From an uncultured Bacteroidales bacterium (GTDB lineage: Bacteria; Bacteroidota; Bacteroidia; Bacteroidales; VadinHA17), in contig CAVWSZ010000002.1 in the NCBI GenBank assembly GCA_963757935.1, positions 823-64,822 of the forward strand: a stretch of DNA of 64,000 nt, given 5' to 3'. Made by a program: the position numbers and the translations under genes. A model generated the notes under the pieces. That model had not been told where the DNA came from and made no database searches. It worked only from the letters and a program-made list of their open reading frames with translations. Shown here piece by piece: positions 30,736-41,407 of the stretch (within the stretch, counting starts at the first letter, position 1; every line of letters starts with the position of its first letter).

Positions 30736-31864
30736 AATATGTAATAATCGGATAATGGTCTGAATACCTGACTTTTACAATATCAAAGTCAATGCATTCA
30801 AGCTCGTCTGTGTAGAGCACATAATCGATCCTGTTGGGAGGGTACTTCCCCTTGTATGTAAACCCTGCGCCGTAGCCCGCCTCCACGAAGGCATCATTCA
30901 GCCCGCGCTTCATCTTGCGGTAGGTGTATGATATGGGCGTGTCGTTGAAATCGCCCGCCACAATAACCGGGTACGGCGATGTCTCTATATGCTTTCTCAC
31001 CCGCGTGACCTGCACCGCCCTGCTGGCAAAACCTTTCGTGAGGCTCCTGAAGATGCTCTTTATCTCCACCACGGACCCTGACTGTGCCTCGCCGGTGATC
31101 TCGCTGAGCAGCGTGCCTTCCACTCTTTTAAGCCTGAACGACTGCAGATGGTTGTTGTAGATGCGGAAGGTGTCTGCACCGGCTACTATATCGGTAAAGA
31201 TTGTGAGGCTCGATGACCCCGGATGCACTATGTCTCCCCTGTTGATTATCGGGTAACGTGTAGCGGTAGCAATCCCGTAGTAACTGTTGCCTCCGCTTTT
31301 TATCAGTTTTAAGTGGGTGTACAATACGCCCCCGAGGCCTGCCTTGAGGCTCGCCTCACCTGCGGCGGGACTGCCCTTGATGAAATACTCCTGCAGGCAC
31401 AGGATTCCCGGGTTTTCCTTCTTCAGCAGGGTTAGCATCCTCTGGCGCGAATTCTTTTCACTCTCCTCGTAGGAATTGAAGAGCCTGATATTGTAGCTCA
31501 TCAGCTTCAGGTCATGGTGTTCCTCAACTCCGTGGTTGCGGAACCTGATAAAATTGTGGATGTACCCGGAACCGATCAGGATTGCCGCAACGGAGATGAG
31601 TGCGAGCCATTTCCTCTTTGCAGCCCAGACAAGCACGAATACGAGGTTCAATGCAACAATATAGGGATATGCAAGACCGAAAAGCGCCGGTATGGCAGTG
31701 ACTGAAGGATTGATGTATACTGACAGATATGCCAGGAACAGGGCAGCCACCAAGATGATGTTCACTGCCAGAAGGGAGTTGCGGACAAAGTGCCTGAAGC
31801 CCTCAGTTCTTTTTCTGACTCTCTCTGAAAAGGATCTCTTTTTCTTCTTTGGTGAGGCTGTCAT
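30719..31864 (-). CDS. Membrane-anchored endonuclease/exonuclease/phosphatase (EEP) family protein; start uncertain
   Basis: N-terminal TMs, MSYNI, LCLQE, NNHLQS, GDFND, RIDY, SDH. Confidence 0.88.
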   Translation of the reverse strand: MTASPKKKKRSFSERVRKRTEGFRHFVRNSLLAVNIILVAALFLAYLSVYINPSVTAIPALFGLAYPYIVALNLVFVLVWAAKRKWLALISVAAILIGSGYIHNFIRFRNHGVEEHHDLKLMSYNIRLFNSYEESEKNSRQRMLTLLKKENPGILCLQEYFIKGSPAAGEASLKAGLGGVLYTHLKLIKSGGNSYYGIATATRYPIINRGDIVHPGSSSLTIFTDIVAGADTFRIYNNHLQSFRLKRVEGTLLSEITGEAQSGSVVEIKSIFRSLTKGFASRAVQVTRVRKHIETSPYPVIVAGDFNDTPISYTYRKMKRGLNDAFVEAGYGAGFTYKGKYPPNRIDYVLYTDELECIDFDIVKVRYSDHYPIITYFRRAD

Positions 31865-32691
31865 ATCCGCCCTTTGATATCTTATCCAGTATATGGTCTA
31901 TGGCTTTCTGCCGTTCCACCCTTTCCGCATTGTAATCAAAATCGGTACGGGGCTTCTTATAGGTCACCTTCAGCTTGCTTCGCGGCTTGAAAATCGTAAC
32001 GAAGAAATCCACAGTTTTGCTGAACCATGCCCCAATATCTGTGCCGTTTTTTAGTCCGTAACCGTAGGCCAGTCCCAGTAGTGCACCGCCGATGTGCGCC
32101 AGCTTGCCGCCGGTGTTGACAGAAAAGTCGAATACCGATGTGATGAGGAAGGTGATAAGTGCGAGGTATTTTAGTTTTATCCTGCCGAGGAACAGCAGGT
32201 GGAGCTCCATCTCGGGAAGATAGACGGCTGTGGTGACTACCATCGCCATCACCGAAGCGGATGCGCCGAGGGCCATTGAAACATTCACAGTCCCTGCAAA
32301 GGCCGGGAAGATGTTAAAGACAGCCACATAGAGCAGTCCGCCGGCAATGCCCCCCAGGAAATAAACAGCCACCAGCTTGCGCTGATCGAGGTATGTCAGG
32401 AAGATCTTTCCGAACCACCAGAGCCACATCATATTGAACAAAATGTGAATAAAGCCCTGGTGCACGAACATGTATGTGATCAGGGTCCACGGTTTTGCAA
32501 GCAGGGCCGGCATGGCGGCCGGAATAGACAGGAAACTGACAACAGTTGATACCAGTTCGGGCTTCGAGGCCAGTGACGCTGATCATCTCCAGGATCTTGA
32601 TGATCAGAAAGACACCTGCATTGACATAGATGAGCCTCGTAAGGCTTGTGCCGTGTTTGAATGAGGTCTTGATTTCTTCCCCGATGCCCAT
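31803..32691 (-). CDS. Rhomboid intramembrane serine protease (N-terminal frameshift)
   Basis: HILFNM, GASA nucleophile, AHIGG; C-terminal DHILDKISKGGYDSLT tail; N-terminus MGIGEEIK in another frame. Confidence 0.85.
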
Positions 32692-33425
32692 CAATAGAGT
32701 GTTTTGGTTGTCTTGCGCCAGATTCTTATCAAAAGGTATCCGAAGATCATTCCCCCGAGATGTGCCGCGTGGGCTATGTTGCTGCCCGGGGCGGTAACAG
32801 CGAGGTAAAGCTCTATGGCGCCGTAAATGAGCACAAAGTATTTTGCCTTTATCGGGATGGGAGGGAAGAGCAGCATCAGCTGTGTGTTGGGGAAGAGGAC
32901 ACCGAAGGCCAGCAGCACCCCGAAGACGGCGCCTGAAGCCCCCACGGTGGGAATGTTGAGGATCAGGTTAAGCTTAGCCATCAGGGGATCGCCGAAGTTC
33001 TTGCCCTGCCTGATGATCTCGCTTCCTGAGTCATAAACATACTGCAGCTGTTCGGGTGACAGAGCGGCAAGGGCTTTGTGATACTGGAGTCCCTGGACGA
33101 GCTCGTGGGTAAAGGCTGCGCCGAGTCCGGTGATTATGTAATAGATGAAGAAGCGCTTGGGGCCCCACACCTGCTCGAGGATGCCACCGAACATGTAGAG
33201 TGCGAACATATTAAAGAGCAGATGGAAGAACCCACCGTGCATGAACATATGTGTCACCACCTGGTATGACCTGAAAGAGTCTGACTTCGGATAATAGAGC
33301 CCGAGTATGCTGTTCAGGTCAGTTCCCCATACTGCTTTCAGTATGTACATGAGCCCCAGCATTATGGCATTCAGTATTATAAGGTTTTTTACAACCGGGG
33401 GCAGATCTCCGAATCCTCTGTTCAT
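32691..33425 (-). CDS. Rhomboid intramembrane serine protease
   Basis: THMFMHG, HLLFNM, GASG, AHAAHLGG. Confidence 0.93.
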   Translation of the reverse strand: MNRGFGDLPPVVKNLIILNAIMLGLMYILKAVWGTDLNSILGLYYPKSDSFRSYQVVTHMFMHGGFFHLLFNMFALYMFGGILEQVWGPKRFFIYYIITGLGAAFTHELVQGLQYHKALAALSPEQLQYVYDSGSEIIRQGKNFGDPLMAKLNLILNIPTVGASGAVFGVLLAFGVLFPNTQLMLLFPPIPIKAKYFVLIYGAIELYLAVTAPGSNIAHAAHLGGMIFGYLLIRIWRKTTKTLY

Positions 33426-33482
33426 CTCTTGAATTTAACCTGTGTGTGTTGAGTGGGCAAATTTAATTAAACATTCTTAAAG

Positions 33483-35297
33483 TCAGCTGAACCGTCTGTC
33501 AAGTTCCTCGAGTGTGATAATGTTCATTACCGTTCGCCCCGACGGTGAATAGCTTGGAAGGCTGCAGGCAAACAGCATGTCGAAGAGTTCCTCCATTTCG
33601 GTGTGCGTCAGTGCCAGCCCGTAGGGAATGGCGGCAGCTTTGGCCATCGAGAGAGCGACCCTCTCGCGTGCCCCTATTGACGGATCACTCAGTGTACGCT
33701 TGTATTCAGATATCACGGTCTCAAGCATCTCCAGGGGATTTGCATTGCGACTGTCAGCCGGGTGACCCTTTACGGTTACTATGTTGTTTTTTCCGGTCTC
33801 CACGTCAAGGCCAAGCATCTTTATCTCTTCGGCTATCTCTTTGAGAATAACAATGTCGCCGGGATTAAGTTCCGCCGTCACCGGGAACATTGAAACCTGT
33901 ACGGGAGCAGGACCGTCGCCCAGCGAGGCGAGGAACTTTTCATAGAGCACCCTCTCGTGCGCCCGCCGCTGATCAATCATCATGATGCCGGATATCACAG
34001 GGCACATTATGTACCTGTTCTTCACCTGGAAGAATCGTCTGCCGTTCCCTGTCGCTTCACCTGAAGCCTTGTCTGGCTGTTCTTCGCCGCTTCGCGCTGT
34101 CACAGTGAAGAGCGATTCCCAGTTTCGCAGATCTTCACGTTCAACGTGGCCGTCCCAGGTGTTTTTGGGCCTGTTATATTCGTTTGTGTCAAACGGATTA
34201 AATGAATGGTCAACCTCTATCTGAGGGGTGCCGGGCATCGTCATTCCGCCGGTGATCACCGGTATTTCAACTGCTCCTTCGGGACCGAAGTCCATCGACG
34301 GTACCACGTTGAAACGGCCCAGCGCCTCGCGTACCGAAGCCAGGAGAATCTGCCAGACGGATCTTTCGTCTTCGAACTTGACCTCCGTCTTTGTGGGATG
34401 AATGTTGACGTCGATTGTGGACGGATCTGCGGTCATGAAGATGAAGTAGGCAGGCACTGCTTCGGGAGGAAGTATTCCCTGGTATGCCTCCATCACTGCC
34501 CTGTGCAGGTATGGGTGCCGGATGAACCTGTTGTTTATGAAGAAAAACTGTTCGCCGGGTGTCCGGCGGGCATTCTCGGGCTTCCCCGCAAAGCCCGTGA
34601 CGGAGATGATGGTGGTGGTAGTCTCCACGTTGACCAGGTTCTGGTTGTACTGTTTGCCGAAGATGCCCACGATTCTTTGTCTGTGGTTGCCCGCCGGCAG
34701 CCTGTATATGTCCTGGTCGTTATGTATAAGGCTGAATTTTATCTCAGGATGAGCCAGGACTATGCGCTGGAACTCGGTGATTATGTGCCTGAATTCGGTG
34801 TTGTCTGTTTTGAGGAATTTACGGCGGGCAGGGACGTTATAAAATAGGTTTTTGACGCTGAAGACTGACCCTACGGCGCAGGGACAGGGTTCCTGTTTCT
34901 CAACCCGCGAGTTGCTTATTACCAGCAGGGTGCCTGTTTCGTCTTCTTCGCGGCGTGTCTTCAGCTCCGTCATCGATACGGCGGCGATGGAGGCGAGGGC
35001 TTCACCACGGAATCCCTTGGTGGTGATTGAGAAGAGGTCGTCAGCGCTGTCTATTTTCGAGGTGGCGTGCCGTTCGAATGCCAGGCGGGCGTCAGTCTCA
35101 CTCATTCCCGCGCCGTTGTCGATTACCTGTACAAGTGTGCGACCGGAATCGCGTATGACCACACTAATCTCAGTGGCACCGGCGTCGACGGCGTTCTCGG
35201 CAAGCTCCTTCAATACCGATGCAGGGCGTTGAATAACTTCACCGGCGGCAATCTGGTTGGCCACTGAGTCAGGAAGAAGCTTAATTATATCTCTCAT
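33483..35297 (-). CDS. mutL: DNA mismatch repair protein MutL
   Basis: NQIAAGEVIQRP, HATSK, GFRGEAL, DVNIHPTK, endonuclease motif DQRRAHER. Confidence 0.97.
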   Translation of the reverse strand: MRDIIKLLPDSVANQIAAGEVIQRPASVLKELAENAVDAGATEISVVIRDSGRTLVQVIDNGAGMSETDARLAFERHATSKIDSADDLFSITTKGFRGEALASIAAVSMTELKTRREEDETGTLLVISNSRVEKQEPCPCAVGSVFSVKNLFYNVPARRKFLKTDNTEFRHIITEFQRIVLAHPEIKFSLIHNDQDIYRLPAGNHRQRIVGIFGKQYNQNLVNVETTTTIISVTGFAGKPENARRTPGEQFFFINNRFIRHPYLHRAVMEAYQGILPPEAVPAYFIFMTADPSTIDVNIHPTKTEVKFEDERSVWQILLASVREALGRFNVVPSMDFGPEGAVEIPVITGGMTMPGTPQIEVDHSFNPFDTNEYNRPKNTWDGHVEREDLRNWESLFTVTARSGEEQPDKASGEATGNGRRFFQVKNRYIMCPVISGIMMIDQRRAHERVLYEKFLASLGDGPAPVQVSMFPVTAELNPGDIVILKEIAEEIKMLGLDVETGKNNIVTVKGHPADSRNANPLEMLETVISEYKRTLSDPSIGARERVALSMAKAAAIPYGLALTHTEMEELFDMLFACSLPSYSPSGRTVMNIITLEELDRRFS

Positions 35298-35308
35298 CAG
35301 GGGGGCGG

Positions 35309-35731
35309 TTAGAAACGGAGGTACAGGTATGTAACAAGTACCAGGATTAATATTATGACAATGAGCCTGATGGAGTTATGCTGCTGTGTACGTCCGCGGC
35401 TGTGATGGTAAAGATCCCTCATTGAACCTTTGGTGATGGTTCTCCTGAACGGTTTCTGCCCGGCACTTCCTGTAGCCACCCCACTGTCTGTCTGCTCGCT
35501 AAAATGATCCGCCGGATCATTTCCTGACGCTCGCTCCCCCATGCCCCATGCCCCATGCTCCCTGCTCCCTGCTCCGTGCTCCGTGCTTCCTGCCCCATGC
35601 TCCATGCTGTCTTTATCGAGCCCCATCGCCCTGTGCCGTGCCTCCCTCTCTTCCTTGACAGGGTCATAGTGGCGGGGAGCGTAGTTGAATCCACGCGGCT
35701 TTGTCTGTTTAAAGAAGCTTGGTATTGCCAT
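35309..35731 (-). CDS. Small hypothetical protein with a C-terminal TM helix and an in-frame heptamer-repeat insert
   Basis: FFKQTKPRGFNYAPRHYDP N-terminus, hydrophobic C-terminus, internal (EHGAGS[TR]) repeats. Confidence 0.7.
   Translation of the reverse strand: MAIPSFFKQTKPRGFNYAPRHYDPVKEEREARHRAMGLDKDSMEHGAGSTEHGAGSREHGAWGMGERASGNDPADHFSEQTDSGVATGSAGQKPFRRTITKGSMRDLYHHSRGRTQQHNSIRLIVIILILVLVTYLYLRF
35537..35606. repeat. 10 tandem degenerate heptamers, consensus C(C/T)CC(A/C/G)TG
   Basis: CCCCATG x3, CTCCCTG x2, CTCCGTG x2, CTTCCTG, CCCCATG, CTCCATG. Confidence 0.9.
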
Positions 35732-35904
35732 TGTGATGTTTTGCACAAAAATACGAAAGAGAAGGCAGCAGGCAATGGCGATGCCCGTGTAAAAATATGC
35801 AGTTTTATCTTTTAGTACAGGGGACTTCTCGTGGTAACGGGAACAGTTTTTTCAACAATTGACAAATGTGAATTGTTTATATTTGTTACTAACCTATAAC
35901 TAAA

Positions 35905-36424
35905 ATGGGAAAGAAAATTCTTGTTACCTATGCCAGTCGCGCCGGGTCTACCGCAGGGGTGGCGGAGAAAATAGGCAAAGTTCTCAGGGACTTTGGGGAG
36001 GTCGCCGAAGTAAAACCGATGCATGAAGTAACTGGATCTTTTGGATTATGATGCTATTGTTGCGGGCAGTCCCATACAGGCCAGTTCGTGGTTGCCTGAA
36101 GCCATGGATTTTATGCGCAGACACCAGGCTGTGCTTTCCGAAAAACCTTTTGCCACCTTCACATTATGCATGACGCTTGCGATGAAGAAAGGGGCAGATT
36201 ACCGTCCGGCAATATCGGAGTGGATAGCTCCCGTTCGTTCTCTGGCCAGGCCTGTAAGTGAGGGCATTTTTGCCGGGGCGCTCGATCTGAAGAAGGTACC
36301 GGGTGCGAGTGACAGACTCAAATTCAAGCTCAGCATACTCTTCGGGGTATGGCATGAGGGCGACTTCCGCAACTGGCATGAGATAGAGAAGTGGGCTGCC
36401 AGCCTTCCGGAACTGCTGAATTAG
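35905..36424 (+). CDS. Flavodoxin-domain protein (HemG-like; frameshift near 36040)
   Basis: ATG 35905 gives MGKKILVTYASRAGSTAGVAEKI; continues as YDAIVAGSP..FAGALD..GDFRNW in another frame. Confidence 0.8.
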
Positions 36425-36483
36425 AAAGGGGAATGGCGCAAGGCGCCAGGGGTTTTTATTGCCCCTCCCTGACAAGAGCCTGG

Positions 36484-36618
36484 CCGCCTGCTGGCGGGAG
36501 GGACCTCATCCGTCTGCTGGCGGACGTGGGGACATACCATTCAGTCCGTCAGGTGTACTGATGAAGTGGTGGTAAAGACATTCGGTCCGCTACCTGGCGG
36601 CTCAGACCATCTGGCGGA
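36484..36618. repeat. Cluster of 4-5 degenerate GC-rich palindromes (consensus close to TCCGCCAGCTGGCGGA), REP-like
   Basis: CCGCCTGCTGGCGG 36484, TCCGTCTGCTGGCGGA 36509, TCCGCTACCTGGCGG 36586, CCATCTGGCGGA 36607, weaker copy at 36545. Confidence 0.65.
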
Positions 36619-36769
36619 TAAGCATTTGTGTTTAAAATCTCCCCGAACAACTCTCAACTACAATAAATAAGTTGTACCTTGTAAATTGTTCGACCTAAAA
36701 ACACAAGAAATAGCTGCCCCTGACAGATAGCCTTTAAATAGTAAGTAATTTATAAGGGAAGAACTATAA

Positions 36770-39232
36770 ATGAAAACTAAATATATCGAATATATCGACT
36801 TTGAGAAAGTGAATACTTTGCTCGAAGCTTTCAATAAAACCACAGGATATGTTACAGCCATACTTGACCTTGAGGGAAATATCCTTTCCAGGTCAGGGTG
36901 GCGACAAATCTGCACTGACTTTCATCGGGTAAATCCTGAAACATCAAAAAAGTGTACATTAAGTGATACCGTACTGGCCGGTAAACTGGCAAAAGGCGAA
37001 AAGTACCATTTCTACAAATGCTTCAATGGACTGGTTGATGTGGCGGTACCAGTTGTTGTAAACGGAGAACATATCGTAACCCTGTTTTCCGGGCAGTTCT
37101 TTATTGAAAAACCGGATATCTCCTTCTTTAAAAAGCAAGCCGCGAAGTATGGATTCAATGAGAAAGAGTACCTGGAGGCTTTCGAAAAAGTACCCGTTAT
37201 TTCATTGGAGGAAGTAAAAACAGCAATGGATTTTTTGCTGAACATGACGCGGATTATCAGTGAGATGACATTTCAGAAGCAGGAACTGATTGAACTGAAT
37301 AAATCCATAAGTGAAAGAGAAGACGAGCTACATGAGAGCGAGCGCCGCTACAGTGATATGATGAGCAAGGTAGACCTTATCTCGATTTCCCTCGACCGGG
37401 ATGCGAGAATTACATTCTGTAATGATTATCTGCTGCGCCTGACCGGATGGTCACTGGAAGAGGTTATTGGCTCGAACTGGTTCAAAATGTTTATTCCACC
37501 TGAAGATTACAAACTTAAACGGACCTTTTCAGCAGTACTGCATGACGAGCCGGAGGCATGGCATTTCGAGAACAGGATTCTCACCAGGAAGGGAGAGCGA
37601 CTGACAATCCACTGGAACAACACTGTACTGCGTTCACCTTCCGGGGAGGTGATTGGCACAGCCAGCTTAGGCGAAGACATCACCGAGCGCATACTCGCTG
37701 AAGAGAAGCTCATGGAGAACAACTCCCTGTTGCGGATAGCTGCTGAAAAAGCCAGGCTTGGAGGCTGGAATGTCAATCTGAAAGAGAACAGGTCATACTG
37801 GTCTGATGAGGTAGCATCGATTCATGAAATGCCTGCAGGATACGCGCCCCTGGTAGAGGATGGGATCAGCTTCTATGCCCCGGAATGGCGTGACCGGATC
37901 ACCCGGGTTTTCAAAGATTGTGCCCGGAAAGGAATTCCTTATGACGAGGAGATGGAGATCATTACATCCACAGGAAAACGGATATGGGTAAGAACCATCG
38001 GTGAAGCGGTAAGGGATGCCAAGGGGAAAATATATAAAGTCCAGGGTGCTTTTCAGGATATTTCGGCACGAAAGGCTGAAGAGGAACAAACACGGGAAAG
38101 GGACTTGCAGTTCAGAAAACTCTCAGCAAATGTGCCCGACCTGATCTACCAGTTTACGAGAAAGTCTGACGGAACTTATTGTGTCCCCGTTGCCTCAGAA
38201 GGTATCAGGAATATTTTTGGATGTTCGCCGGAGGATGTGCTCAACGACTTTTCACCGATTGCCAGGGTAATATATCCGGAGGATACGGATAGAGTAATCA
38301 GCGACATCGAATCTTCTGCAACGAATCTGACCTATTTTACATGTGAGTTCCGGGTGCAGATCCCGGGCAGACCGATTCAATGGATTTTTTCAAGGTCTTC
38401 ACCCGAGAGGTTGCCGGATGGAAGTATCACCTGGTATGGTTTTAATACGGACATTACTTACCGCAAAGTTGCGGAGGAGGCTATCAGAAATTTGAACTCT
38501 GAACTTGAAAAACGGGTAATGGAACGAACTGCACAGCTTGAAGCTGCCAACAAAGAGCTCGAAGCCTTCAGCTATTCTGTTTCCCATGATCTGAGGGCAC
38601 CCTTGCGGCATATCAATGGCTTCGCAGAGATATTGACACAACAATATTCCGGCGAACTCACCGGGGAAGCCCTGAGGCATTTAAACACCATTGTAGACTC
38701 CGCACAGAGGATGGGCACTCTCATTGATGACCTCCTGAGTTTTTCAAGGACCGGAAGGGCTGAACTGAGGAAATCATCATTTAAAATGAAACAGGTGGTC
38801 ACTGATGCCTTATCGCAAATCAAAGCATCGTATACGAACCGTAAGATAGACTGGGAAATCTCACCTTTGCCCGAAATTTATGGCGATTATAGTCTTCTGC
38901 GTCTCGTCTGGATGAATCTACTCGATAACGCCGTAAAGTATACGCAGAACAAAAAGAAGGCTGTAATCAGGGTAGGGTATAAGGACATTGATGGGGAGTA
39001 TGTATTTCACGTTAAGGATAATGGTGTGGGCTTCGACATGAAATATGCCGAGAAACTTTTTGGTGTTTTTCAGCGGTTGCATTCGTCTTCTGAGTTTGAA
39101 GGCACGGGGATTGGCCTGGCTAACGTGCAAAGAATAATTTTGCGCCATGGAGGAAGAATATGGGCTGAGGCAAAGCCTGATAAGGGTGCCTCTATTTATT
39201 TTTCAATTCCAAAAGATACAGATGACGGCTGA
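36770..39232 (+). CDS. Soluble histidine kinase: PocR sensor + 3 PAS + HisKA/HATPase
   Basis: ICTDFHR..C..YKCFNGLVDVAVP (PocR), PAS/PAC motifs, SVSHDLRAPLRHI, NLLDNAVKY, DNGVGF, GTGIGL. Confidence 0.88.
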   Translation: MKTKYIEYIDFEKVNTLLEAFNKTTGYVTAILDLEGNILSRSGWRQICTDFHRVNPETSKKCTLSDTVLAGKLAKGEKYHFYKCFNGLVDVAVPVVVNGEHIVTLFSGQFFIEKPDISFFKKQAAKYGFNEKEYLEAFEKVPVISLEEVKTAMDFLLNMTRIISEMTFQKQELIELNKSISEREDELHESERRYSDMMSKVDLISISLDRDARITFCNDYLLRLTGWSLEEVIGSNWFKMFIPPEDYKLKRTFSAVLHDEPEAWHFENRILTRKGERLTIHWNNTVLRSPSGEVIGTASLGEDITERILAEEKLMENNSLLRIAAEKARLGGWNVNLKENRSYWSDEVASIHEMPAGYAPLVEDGISFYAPEWRDRITRVFKDCARKGIPYDEEMEIITSTGKRIWVRTIGEAVRDAKGKIYKVQGAFQDISARKAEEEQTRERDLQFRKLSANVPDLIYQFTRKSDGTYCVPVASEGIRNIFGCSPEDVLNDFSPIARVIYPEDTDRVISDIESSATNLTYFTCEFRVQIPGRPIQWIFSRSSPERLPDGSITWYGFNTDITYRKVAEEAIRNLNSELEKRVMERTAQLEAANKELEAFSYSVSHDLRAPLRHINGFAEILTQQYSGELTGEALRHLNTIVDSAQRMGTLIDDLLSFSRTGRAELRKSSFKMKQVVTDALSQIKASYTNRKIDWEISPLPEIYGDYSLLRLVWMNLLDNAVKYTQNKKKAVIRVGYKDIDGEYVFHVKDNGVGFDMKYAEKLFGVFQRLHSSSEFEGTGIGLANVQRIILRHGGRIWAEAKPDKGASIYFSIPKDTDDG

Positions 39233-39268
39233 CCTTTAGACTCTTAGACTTAGGACTTCAGACCTTTA
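39231..39268. repeat. Short tandem 7-8-mers starting with GAC, between convergent genes
   Basis: GACCTTTA GACTCTTA GACTTAG GACTTCA GACCTTTA. Confidence 0.7.
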
Positions 39269-39269
39269 G

Positions 39270-39713
39270 CTATTTCATCCTGGTATATCTTTCCAGCCGG
39301 TAATTGCTGTTGTCAATTTTACCATCTTCGTTGACGTGCCATATCTGCACCAGGGTGTCATTTTTGACGGTGACAAGCATTTTATAAGTCATTCCTACTA
39401 TTTCGGGTGCTGAATGGTAAAGAATGGTTTCAGCATAATCGGTTCCGTTGAGGGTATATGTTCCTCCTCCGTAAGTGTCCGTTGTCACAGTATCCTGTGA
39501 ATATTTTCCGACAAAGATGAAATGATCCTTTGACCACCATTTCATGTCACTTCCCTGGTATGTTGCGGGGAACTCACCGACGACAGAATCATTAACAACA
39601 GATTTTGAATAGATCAGGCTCCATTGTCCCTCGATGGGGTTGGGTGTTTCCTTTTGTGTGCAGCTGATTACGCACAGCATTGCTACGATGCAAAAGATTA
39701 GAGTTTTTTTCAT
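39270..39713 (-). CDS. Lipoprotein with a lipocalin-like (DUF4488-like) beta-barrel
   Basis: Lipobox VISC, IEGQWSL, GGGTYTL..Y.E. Confidence 0.65.
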   Translation of the reverse strand: MKKTLIFCIVAMLCVISCTQKETPNPIEGQWSLIYSKSVVNDSVVGEFPATYQGSDMKWWSKDHFIFVGKYSQDTVTTDTYGGGTYTLNGTDYAETILYHSAPEIVGMTYKMLVTVKNDTLVQIWHVNEDGKIDNSNYRLERYTRMK

Positions 39714-40187
39714 GTTCTTATACTTTGATCAGGTTCGGTTCGGATGCTGATTAGTAAAGTTACATCAGCAAAAGAACCAAGTCAAATATATTTAATCCGG
39801 CACCTTGATTTTGGGATGGAAGTGGTGTATCCTCTTCAGGGATTGTTTGTCCTGTATTGGGTTTTATGATCTGAAAGCAGTTTTGAGTAAGCTTTGCTGC
39901 TTTAAATTATGAAATGAACATTATCTCCGGTTAAAGACAAATAACTGTACCTTTAGGTGATATACACTGAAATTATGCCAAATGATCAGACTCAGGACCA
40001 TAAATATCTTCGGACAAAGTATTAAACCATCCGAACGGTATCTCGACCTTGAGGAAACATGGACTGAATTATAAAAAAGCACATTGCCGTTCCATTAACG
40101 TGTATTTTGAGACAAAAACATGCTAAAATCCGGGCATATTTTTAAAAGTAATAACTACTATCAATCATTTTTATAAAACAGAGACTT

Positions 40188-41403
40188 ATGAGAACTTTTA
40201 AATTACTCGTAATACTTTTGTGCTTAACCGAAATGACTTACTCTCAAAACTCAGATGATTTAGTCATTGCAAAAAGAATCAAAATAAACTCAACTGTATT
40301 GGGAGAAGATCGTACAATTTATGTTTCTACTCCCTCTGGCTATAATGATTCGAAGGATTCTTACCAGGTATTGTATGTTATTGATGGAGTGTCTGACGTT
40401 ATAGGACTTGTAAAATATTTATCGGATTATGGAGTTTGTCCTCAATTAATAATTGTTTCTATCGAAGAAGTTAACCCTGCAAGAGATATGTTTCCTTCAA
40501 AGCCCAAATATAGCAGAGGTACACAGCCAACAACAGCATGGTATAATAAAAAGGAGGATAATGAATTAAGAGTGAACAGACCTGATGAAAAAATTGGCGA
40601 AGCAGATAAATATCTGTCATTTATTGAAACAGAACTTTTTCCCTTTATTGAAAAGAACTATCGTACAGTTCCTTATAGAATCTGTTGCGGTCATTCAAAG
40701 GGAGGGCTTTGTGTGACCCATGCCTTCCTTTCGCATACTAATATGTTCAATGCCTATATTGCTCTTAGTCCTTCTCTTTATTGGGATGACGGTTTAGTTA
40801 TGAAAACAGCAGAAGAAAAACTTGCCGGCCTAAATTTTAAACACAAACTGTTTTATTTCGATATCGGAGGAAATGAAACTCCTTCTACTATTGGTGATGC
40901 CTTTACTTTTGCCCAAACCATTAAAACAAATGCGTCTGAAGACCTAAGGTGGAAATTCGATTACCTGCCTAATGAAAACCATGGAAGCGGAACAGCTCTT
41001 GGTATTATTAATGCCTTAAAATTCATATACGATGGCTGGGATTTTGATGTAAACAAAATAAAGACAGATGGATTTAGCGCTATTGATAGTTTTTATAAAA
41101 GTCAATCAGAAAAATATGGATACGAGATAACTTATGATGCAGGTCTTTTGAATTCTTATGGATGGAGTTTTCTGCGTAATGGAAAGCATGAAGAAGCTGT
41201 AAAAATATTTAAAGAAAATGTTCGTCGATTTCCTGATTCACCTGATGCTTTCAACTTTCTTGGAGAAGGATATTTAGCTGCGAGGTAATACTGAAATGGC
41301 AATTAAAAGTTATGAAAAAGCGATAGAACTGGCAACAAGATTTTCCGGGAATGTTGAATTTTTGAAGCGTAGACTTGAAAGTATTAAAGCAGATAAAAAG
41401 TAA
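40188..41403 (+). CDS. Exported IroE-like alpha/beta-hydrolase (esterase) with C-terminal TPR (frameshift near 41283)
   Basis: STVLGEDRTIYV, YVIDG, GHSKGG nucleophile, SPSLYW, ENH; TPR continues GNTEMAIKSYEKA.. to TAA 41403. Confidence 0.8.
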
Positions 41404-41407
41404 AACA

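Noticed and set aside
36555-36590. CTGATGA as a hammerhead ribozyme core
   Set aside because: No GAAA follows the potential stem II (it reads CGGTC), and no stem III or cleavage triplet is evident.
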